In this document: in pieces, positions 52,797-64,000 of the stretch
How positions within the stretch are numbered: the first letter of the stretch is position 1
Layout of the letters: the number at the start of each line of letters is the position of its first letter
From: Eledone cirrhosa
Taxonomy: Eukaryota
Direction: 5' to 3'
DNA: 64,000 nt
Assembly: GCA_964016885.1 (NCBI GenBank)
Contig: OZ024742.1
Span: forward strand, 140,368,001 to 140,432,000
Notes under the pieces: model-generated
Told to the model about the DNA's origin: nothing
The model's database searches: none
Seen by the model: only the letters and a program-made list of their open reading frames with translations
Program-made: the position numbers and the translations under genes

Positions 52797-52938
52797 GGTC
52801 ACAAGTGTAGTCTTTGTACCAGAGTTTTCAAGTCGCTGGCTGGACTAAAAAGTCACATTCGTTCAGCGCATCGGTAGGGGTTCTCCTACATGGATATAAA
52901 GTAGTGGCCGTACTCGAAAACGAGTTGGCAGCCACCAT
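52797..52938 (+). mobile_element. 3' end of an RTE (BovB-like) LINE with terminal C2H2 finger
   Basis: 52797-52877 encodes [26 protein letters not shown] (C-x2-C-x12-H-x4-H); short 3'UTR hairpin GTGGC..CTCG AAAA CGAG..GCCAC. Confidence 0.7.
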
Positions 52939-53392
52939 GTATATATATATATATAAATGTATATATATAAATATGTATGTATGTATGTATATATATATAT
53001 AAATGTATGTGTATATCTATATGTATGTTAATATATATATGTATGTATGTATATATATATGTATGTATATATGTATATATATATGTATGTATATATATAT
53101 ATATATATAAATGTATATATATGTATATATATATATATATATATAAATGTATATATATGTATATATATATATATATAAATGTATATATATGTATATATAT
53201 ATATATATAAATGTATATATACATGTATATATATATAAATGTATATATATGTATATATATATATATATATAAATGTATATATATATATATATATATATAT
53301 AAATGTATATATATGTATATATATATTAGAAAGTGAGGTTTTTTTTACAAAATGAAAAATAACCGAGGTGTCCTACACGAGTGAAAGTATAA

Positions 53393-53678
53393 AGAAAAAA
53401 AGATGAAATCGAAAATGCAACTGGAGTCTTATTTTTTTTTAAATATATATATTTATTTGGTTCCTTTACCGGTTTCGCAGTTCTTCTGCTTTTCAAAAGT
53501 AGAGTTGAGATGGAGGGTCTGTGGTTTTTCTCAGATGTGAGAAAAACCACAGACCCTCCATCTCAACTCTACTTTTGAAAGCAGAAGAACTGTGAAACCG
53601 GTAAAGGAACGAAATAAATATATATATTTTTTTAAAAAATAAGACTCCAGTTGCATTTTCGATTTCATCTTTTTTTCT
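53393..53678. repeat. ~286-bp near-perfect palindrome (Penelope inverted pLTR-like)
   Basis: Arms of ~141 bp around a GATG centre at 53534-53537; a handful of mismatches. Confidence 0.95.
53464..53499 (-). ncRNA. Minimal type I hammerhead ribozyme, U3-A8 variant
   Basis: CUU-UUGAAAA-GCAG aagaa CUGC-GAAA-C cg G-UA^-AAG: 3-bp stem I, 4-bp stem II, palindromic ACCGGU stem III, GUA triplet. Confidence 0.65.
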
Positions 53679-53701
53679 GTATATATATCATCATCATCAT
53701 C

Positions 53702-53806
<105 letters not shown>

Positions 53807-53863
53807 AATGTATGTATATATATATATATATATATATATAAATGTATGTATATTAAATGTATA

Positions 53864-53900
<37 letters not shown>

Positions 53901-53937
53901 GTATATATATGTATGTATATATATATATAAATGTATA

Positions 53938-53986
<49 letters not shown>

Positions 53987-54144
53987 GTATGTATATATAT
54001 ACTTTTATACTCTGCTATGTATTGAGTACCTTACTTACTGTGGTTACCTCCGATTCAACCCGGAATAACGTATATATATAGATATATATAAATGTATGTA
54101 TATATATATGTTTCTATATATATATATAAATGTATGTATATATG

Positions 54145-54179
<35 letters not shown>

Positions 54180-54182
54180 GTA

Positions 54183-54277
<95 letters not shown>

Positions 54278-54306
54278 GTATATATATGTATATATATATA
54301 TATGTG

Positions 54307-54369
<63 letters not shown>

Positions 54370-54378
54370 GTATATATG

Positions 54379-54428
<50 letters not shown>

Positions 54429-54450
54429 TGTATGTATATATATATATATG

Positions 54451-54552
<102 letters not shown>

Positions 54553-54558
54553 TGTATG

Positions 54559-54612
<54 letters not shown>

Positions 54613-54616
54613 TATG

Positions 54617-54879
<263 letters not shown>

Positions 54880-54898
54880 ATATATATATATATATATG

Positions 54899-55123
<225 letters not shown>

Positions 55124-56070
55124 ATATATGTATATATATATATATAAATGTATGTATGTATATATATATATACTGTTTCTGGCTTGATATTATTTACACT
55201 TACACCAAGATATATGTGCATTGATTATCTCCATTCTAATGTATTAGTATAATAATAATTATTACTATTATCGTTATTGTACCTATTTGTATACTATGTA
55301 TACTTTTTGTTATAACCCTCATCTTCGTGTAGTAAACTGTTTTTGTAGTGTCTCCTTCATCCAATGCCCCACTAACAAATAAAAGAAATCATTATTATTA
55401 TCATTATTACTACTATTAGGCCCTTGTGACCAATGAAATCATTTTTTTTTTTTTTGGTAGCCCTTGAAATCAGTAACCCTTAGTTTTGTTTTATCTTATT
55501 TTGATATTCATTATTGACAGTAGATAATAGGAGTGCCTCAGCATGAGCTCAGCTCATTGACTAGAACAAGTAAAGGAATATGTACATACACACACTCGCA
55601 CACACACACACACACATATATATATACACACACGTGTGTATATATATACACATGTACACACACACACACACACACATATAACTGTTACAGAATCTAGTTG
55701 AGGAGATTTTTGATGGAAATCATAATCTCATTTCATTTGTTACACATGCTCACACACATATACACTTACCCACACTATTATTTCTGTAGGAATTGTTAGC
55801 TGTGATGTAAATGGGAGGGAGCACTTGTAAAAATACAACACAGCTCATGAATATCAGTTTCCCACAGAATTACATATATATTTTGTTATCTTACTCAAAT
55901 ATAATATTATCTAAATTTTCTTCTAAATTTTCCCCTCTCCTACTTTGATAAACTGTCAAAAAATATATATTTCAATTCATTCATCCTGTTTCATCTCATA
56001 AAATTTCCTAACTGGCATTTCAACATGTTATCCTCCCTGCTCCTTTTCAAAACAATAAACACTCTTTATT

Positions 56071-56329
56071 TTAACCCTTTTCATACCAAGCCACATGAAA
56101 TTGCCCTTGGTCTGTCATACATGACTGTATCTTTTATATTGTTTATATTTATCTAAAAACTTTCCATTATAATTTTATGTAAGAACCGTTGTTAAATTAC
56201 ATTCCAAATACCAGCTTAATAACAAGAAAATTATATTACTAAATCCCTCCAAATTTTTCATTATTTTCAAAATCATTTGAAAATGATTGGCAGTGTCTTT
56301 CATTAGAAATATGACAATTTAAGGGTTAA
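56071..56329. mobile_element. piggyBac-type MITE (same family as 5569-5821)
   Basis: TTAA-CCCTT..AAGGG-TTAA with homologous interior. Confidence 0.75.
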
Positions 56330-57687
56330 ATAGCTGTTCTGATAGTGTTCCAGTTATATATCCTTCATGTTTCAATTCTTATATATTCATTCTGATCTTT
56401 TTCTTTCTTATTTTGTGGAATATTACTTAATTAAAGGTTTCAATTCCATACCCCTTCACACCCACTTATATTCTTGATATATATGTGTGTGTAACTGTGT
56501 GCTTGCACGCGCTTGGATTTCCTTATTGATTTTAACACTCAGAAATACCACTGCACCTATTTCATTTGTCTGACAGAAAAGAGATAAGAATATTAGTTAA
56601 GTCAATAAATATGTTGTCAATGAAAGTACGTTCAGACCTACTTTTTCATTTAAGGTTTCAGAATTTAGTTCATCCATATAAAAAAATTTGTTAGTGAGAG
56701 GTGTTGAAGTGTCAAATTGACTACTTGCATACTACAGTTAGCCCTTTTTATACCAATCAGCCTGAAACCGCTCCCCTAGTTTTATGATGCCGACTCCCAT
56801 CATAATTTAATGAAAAAAGGTTTATTACATTCCAAACACCAATAATGACAAAGAAAGCTATATTATTAAATCCCTTGAAATTCTTAATTATTTGAAAACC
56901 ATAGGCAGTGGTAAAGAGAGGGTTAAATTTATGATTATTTTAAAAAGGTTATGGTTTCTTATGAAAGGAATATAAAATATTGGTTGTGGTTTTATGTTAT
57001 TTTATTTGCCCTTCAGAATCAGGAATCCAACAGACCATTTCATTATTCCATCCTTTGCTGTTGTATTTTGATACTTTTCTAGTATAAATTGTTTGTGTAA
57101 TTTAATATTATTTATACTAGTACACAATTCATTATTTTATGGGTGGAACATAAGCAATATTAACTATCTCCACCAAATTGTAACAAAGCTATGTTTGTGA
57201 TTTTAAATATATACAGAGATAGAGGGAGACAAATAGGCAACAGTATTGGCACAGAACATTTTAGAACAGTTGCCCCTCCCCTTCATTTGTCTTACATTTG
57301 TGTTCCATGAATTTTAAATAAAGAATTTTAGAATGTTTTTGACAAATCATAACATTCAAGTGTGACAGACTGACAAAAAAACTCTAGTTATTATATAGAT
57401 TACAATGTCAGAAAATATTAGATGAGAAGCGAAGATGTTAAAATTGGAAAACATTTAAGAAAAGGTTTCGACATTTTGGAATTGTTTTCTTAAATTTGCA
57501 AGAAAATATACAATTAATTTGTATGTGCGCCATCATCATCATTTTACATCCGCTTTTCCATGTTGGCATGGGTTGGATTGGTCTCTCCAGCACAGCAAGC
57601 CTCCACTCATTGCATTATATATATATATATCATCATCATCATTTGATTTCCACTTTCCCTGCTAGCATTGTTATTATTATACTAAGA

Positions 57688-58125
57688 GCAGTGGATTGGC
57701 AGTATCAGTAGAGTGTTGGACAACATAATTTGCAGCATAGTTACCTCCCTTTAGGTTCTGTGTTCAAATCCCACCGGGGTTAGCTTTGGCTTTCAACCTT
57801 ATGGGAATTGATAAAATAAAGTACCAGTAATTCACTGTGCTCGATTTAATCGACTTACCCCCCAAAAAAAACATTGTTGGCCTTGTGCCTAAATCAGAAA
57901 TCATTATTATTATTATTATTACAGCGGCCATTGGATTGGCAGTATCAGTAGAGGGTCGGACGCCATGCTTTCCAGCATAGTTACGTCCCTTTACGATCTG
58001 AGTTCAAATCACGCCGAGGTTGACTTTGCCTTTCATCCTTACGGGGTCGATAAAATAAAGTACCAGTAATGCAGTGGGTATTTGCTGGCCTTGTGCCTAA
58101 AGTAGAAACAATTATTATTATTATT
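57688..58125 (+). mobile_element. Two tandem SINE family 2 copies joined by (ATT)n
   Basis: Older copy 57688-57910 and younger copy 57925-58120. Confidence 0.85.
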
Positions 58126-58801
58126 ACTCTCAGAACTTCAGTTAATGCTACCAAGCTGCCTGAAACTGTTCCTCATTCCAAGGAGTTAAAGACAGGTGGT
58201 TTCAGGCAGAGAATTGTAGTAAACACAAGCAAATCTGCATTATACGCAGAAATTATTCAAATGAGAAGCAGTGTTGATTTCTAATTTTTCTTTTTATTGC
58301 TACAAAAATATACCTTTAGAATAAACAGAGTATCTTAGATATATTATTTTGAAACGCTATTAATGAAAAAATATATTTCTTTTATATAATGAAACTAAAT
58401 TAATATCCAAGACTAGAATAGACATAATTTCACCTCTCTTACTGTTTATGTATGTGTTTATGTGTATATGTGGGTGCATGAATGTGTATGTATATATATA
58501 TATATATATGTGTGTATGTGTATATGTGTTTGTTTGTGTATGTATATGTGTTTCTGTGTGTATGTATGTATCTATGCAATGAATTATATATGAGGTTCCC
58601 ACATATTTAATTTATGTTTGTGTAAACAAATAATTTTTACATTGGAAGAATATAAATTAATTTTTTTTGCTCTGTGATCATCACGTTTTCATTTGTAGAC
58701 CAGGTTACACAAAAATAACGACTTACTGTACATTTGATAAACTCCCACTCTAAAATACTCTCTCTCTCTCTCACTCTCTCTCTCTCTCACTCTCTCTGTC
58801 T

Positions 58802-58844
<43 letters not shown>

Positions 58845-59044
58845 NNNNNNNNNNNNNNNNNNNNNNNNNNNNNNNNNNNNNNNNNNNNNNNNNNNNNNNN
58901 NNNNNNNNNNNNNNNNNNNNNNNNNNNNNNNNNNNNNNNNNNNNNNNNNNNNNNNNNNNNNNNNNNNNNNNNNNNNNNNNNNNNNNNNNNNNNNNNNNNN
59001 NNNNNNNNNNNNNNNNNNNNNNNNNNNNNNNNNNNNNNNNNNNN
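58845..59044. other. Assembly gap (200 N)
   Basis: Run of N between (CT)n and (TA)n. Confidence 1.
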
Positions 59045-59218
59045 TATATATAATATATTATATATATAATATATTATATATAATATATATATATATATTA
59101 TATATATATTATATATATATATAATATATTATATATATAATATATTATAATATATAATATATATATATATATAATTATATATATAATATATTATATATAT
59201 ATATAATATTATATATAT

Positions 59219-59255
<37 letters not shown>

Positions 59256-59454
59256 TATATATATAATATATTATATATATATATATAAATATATTTATAT
59301 ATATAATATATTATATATATATATAATATATTATATATATAATATATTTATATATATATATATATATTATATATAAATATATTATATATTAATATATATA
59401 TATATATATAATATATTTATATATATAATATATATTATATATATATAATATATT

Positions 59455-59524
<70 letters not shown>

Positions 59525-59631
59525 ATATATATATTATATAATATATTTATATATATAATATATATATATATATAATATATTTATATATATAATATATATA
59601 TATATATATAATATATATATATATATAATAT

Positions 59632-59663
<32 letters not shown>

Positions 59664-59703
59664 ATATATATATATATATATAATATATATATATATAATA
59701 TAT

Positions 59704-59750
<47 letters not shown>

Positions 59751-59808
59751 ATATTATATATATATATAATATATATATATATAATATATATATATATATA
59801 TAATATAT

Positions 59809-59859
<51 letters not shown>

Positions 59860-59871
59860 TATATATAATAT

Positions 59872-59903
<32 letters not shown>

Positions 59904-59917
59904 TATATATAGAATAT

Positions 59918-59993
<76 letters not shown>

Positions 59994-60541
59994 TATATAT
60001 AATATATATATATATAATATATATATAATATATATATATATATAATATATATATATATAATATATATATATATATAATATATATATAATATATATATAAT
60101 ATATTATATATATATATATTATATATATATATATTATATATATATATATATTATATATATATTATATATATATATATTATATATATATATATTATATATA
60201 TATATATTATATATATATATATATTATATATATATTATATATATATATATTATATATATATATATTATATATATATATATATTATATATATAATATATAT
60301 ATATATATAATATATATATATATAATATATATATATATAATATATATATATATAATATATATATAAATATATATATATATATAATATATATATATATAAT
60401 ATATATATATATAATATATATATTATATATATATATTTATATATATATATATAATATATATATAATATATATATATATAATATATATATATAATATATAT
60501 ATATATATAATATATATATAATATATATATATATAATATAT

Positions 60542-60584
<43 letters not shown>

Positions 60585-60609
60585 TATAATATATATATAT
60601 ATAATATAT

Positions 60610-60652
<43 letters not shown>

Positions 60653-60824
60653 GATATATATAATATATATATATATAATATATATATTATATATATATAA
60701 TATATATATATAATATATATATAAAATATATATATATAATATATATATATATAATATATATATATATAATATATAATATATATATATATATAATATATAT
60801 ATATATATAATATATATATATATA

Positions 60825-60902
<78 letters not shown>

Positions 60903-60988
60903 ATATATATATATTTTATATATATAATATATATATAGTATATATATATATATAATATATATATATATATATAATATATATATATAAT

Positions 60989-61061
<73 letters not shown>

Positions 61062-61062
61062 T

Positions 61063-61104
<42 letters not shown>

Positions 61105-61144
61105 TATAATATATATATATATAATATATATATATATAATATAT

Positions 61145-61178
<34 letters not shown>

Positions 61179-61354
61179 ATATATAGATATATATAATATA
61201 TATATATATAATATATATATTATATATATATAATATATATAATATATATATAAAATATATATATATAATATATATATATATAATATATATATATATAATA
61301 TATAATATATATATATATATAATATATAATATATATATAATATATATATATATA

Positions 61355-61388
<34 letters not shown>

Positions 61389-61396
61389 ATATATAT

Positions 61397-61430
<34 letters not shown>

Positions 61431-61515
61431 ATATATATATATTTTATATATATAATATATATATAGTATATATATATATATAATATATATATATATATAT
61501 AATATATATATATAT

Positions 61516-61584
<69 letters not shown>

Positions 61585-61608
61585 TTATATATATAATATA
61601 TATATAAT

Positions 61609-61689
<81 letters not shown>

Positions 61690-61692
61690 ATA
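59045..61692. repeat. ~2.6-kb almost pure A/T interrupted (TA)n array
   Basis: Only ~5 G and no C. Confidence 0.95.
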
Positions 61693-61766
61693 TACTCTTT
61701 TACCTGTTTCAGCCATCCGGCTGAGGCCATGCTGGGGCACCGCCCTTATATATATATATATTATAT

Positions 61767-61823
<57 letters not shown>

Positions 61824-61941
61824 TATATATATATATATTATATATATATATATATATATATTATATATTATATATATATATATATATTATATATATATAT
61901 TATATATATATATATATATTATATATATATATATTATATAT

Positions 61942-61974
<33 letters not shown>

Positions 61975-62021
61975 ATATTATATATATATATATATATTAT
62001 ATATATATATATATTATATAT

Positions 62022-62052
<31 letters not shown>

Positions 62053-62063
62053 ATATTATATAT

Positions 62064-62094
<31 letters not shown>

Positions 62095-62317
62095 ATATTA
62101 TATATATATATATATATATTATATATTATATATATATATTATATATTATATATATATATTATATATTATATATATTATATATATATATTATATATATTAT
62201 ATATATATATATATATACCTCAAGTGGGAAAACTCCCGTCCAAACCCATGCAAGCGTGGAACATGGATGTTAAACGATGATGATGATGATGATATATATT
62301 ATATATATATATATAAT

Positions 62318-62659
62318 GGAGGCACATGGCTTAGTGGTTAGAGCATTGGCCTTGCAATCGAAAGGTTGTGAGTTCAATTCTCAGACCGGGTGATGTGTTG
62401 TTTCCTTGAGCAAGACACTTTATTTCACATTGCTCCAGTTTACTCAGCTGTAGAAATGAGATGATAGGGACTCCAGTCCCTATCATTCCACTGCAAAGTG
62501 GTCGTGGAGGTGCCACATCAAAAAAGCACCCAGCACTCACTGTAAATGAGGTTGGTGTTAGGAAGGGTATCCAGCTGTAGAAATCAAGCCAGAATCAGTT
62601 CCCGTCCCACCCTTGCAAGCAGGGAAAAAGTGGACGTAAAATGAAATGATGATGATGAT
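62318..62659 (+). mobile_element. tRNA-CORE SINE (full length), RTE tail
   Basis: Near-identical to 1315-1653. Confidence 0.9.
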
Positions 62660-62754
62660 TATATATATATATATAATATATATTATATAATATATATATA
62701 TATATATTATATATATATATATAATATATATTATATAATATATATATAATATAT

Positions 62755-62791
<37 letters not shown>

Positions 62792-63062
62792 CATCATCAT
62801 CATCATCATCATCATCGTTTAACGTCCATATTCCATGCTTGCATGGGTTTGGATGGGGGCTTTCCCACTTGAGGCAAGAGTGGTTGTCTTGCTCGCATAG
62901 GACTGTCTGGCAGGTTTTCTACAGCTGGATGCCCTTCCTAACACCAACCACATTTACATATTATATATATAATATATATATAACATATATATATATAATA
63001 TATATATAATATATATATATAATATATATATATAATATATATATAATATATATATATATAAT

Positions 63063-63100
<38 letters not shown>

Positions 63101-63248
63101 ATTGTTTCTACTTTAGGCACAAGGCCAGCAATTACTCAGTACATTACTGGTACTTTATTTTATCGACCCCATAAGGATGAAAGGCTAAGTTAAACTCTAT
63201 ATATATATAATATATATATATAATATATATATATATATAATATATATA

Positions 63249-63287
<39 letters not shown>

Positions 63288-63310
63288 ATATAATATATAT
63301 ATATATATAT

Positions 63311-64000
63311 ATCATCATCATCATCATCTATCATCATCATTTTACGTCCGCTTTTCTCTGCTTGCAAGGGTGGGACGGGTCTTATTCAGCACAGCATCTC
63401 TCCACTCGTCACGGTCCCTCGTCATCTCCACCGTGAGCTTCAATGATCTGAGGTCTGTTCTCACCACCTCCGACAATGTTTTTCGTGGTCTACCTCTACC
63501 ACGTCTTCCTTCAACTGGCAATTCCTGGCACTTCTTCACCCATCGGTCATCCTCCATGCGCATCACATGTCCATACCACCTCAGTCTCCTCTCCCGTACA
63601 CTACATTCTATCCCTCTCAGACACAGTTTCTCTCTCAACACATTTATGCTGGGTCGTTCACGCACATTTACACTGCACATCCAATGGAGCATGCTTGCCT
63701 CATTTCTCTCCAGCCGTCGCATATTCTCTGCAGTTGCTGCCCATGTCTCACTACCGTGCAGCATCGCGCTCCTCACACAGGCATCATACAACCGGCCTTT
63801 CGTATGCAGGGAGAAACCCTTCTTCGTCAACAGAGGAAGCAGCTCCCTAAACTTCTTCCAACCCGTCCTTATTCTAGATACTATGGCCTCGGAACACCCT
63901 CCTCCCATGCTAATCTGATCTCCTAGGTACCGGAAGCTATCCACCACTTCTATAGCACCCTCTTGCATTTGAAAAATGTGTCTATCAATGCGACTTCTAC
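63311..64000 (-). mobile_element. RTE-clade LINE 3' part (runs off window), young
   Basis: Open 208-aa frame FRYLG..RIRTGWKKF..LHGSETW..RLRWYGHVMRM..GRPRKT..LASREKRT*, then (GAT)n tail. Confidence 0.92.

Noticed and set aside
63370-63926. Plus-strand ORFs over the RTE; likewise 36227-36610(-) and 37669-37971(-)
   Set aside because: Antisense shadows of LINE coding frames

Overview
AT-rich, repeat-saturated eukaryotic DNA. The SINE and LINE families and the long (TA)n arrays point to an octopod cephalopod, which is an inference. No intact host gene is evident, only a few weak small-exon candidates, so this is probably a large intron or intergenic region. Almost all ORF-track entries are microsatellite translations or decayed retroelement pieces. 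Recognisable content: an L1/Tx1-clade LINE (43.6-46.4 kb plus at least 5 other 3' pieces); three different 5'-truncated R4/Dong-type REL LINEs stacked at 35.3-39.4 kb, each starting at a (TAA)n run; RTE-clade LINEs of two lineages; CRE-like and Hero/NeSL-like REL fragments; and a mariner C-terminal relic. Non-autonomous elements include a tRNA-CORE SINE sharing the RTE 3' end, about 30 copies of a second tRNA-headed SINE ending AGAAAnnATTATT, and TTAA-flanked piggyBac-type MITEs. There are also minisatellites, kb-scale (TA)n arrays and a 200-N gap. The most notable signal is a set of long fold-back palindromes embedded in (TA)n. One (53393-53678) carries a structurally complete minimal hammerhead ribozyme with a U3-A8 core variant, typical of Penelope-like elements, and several decayed hammerhead-like motifs abut other (TA)n tracts. 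Coordinates of decayed elements are approximate.
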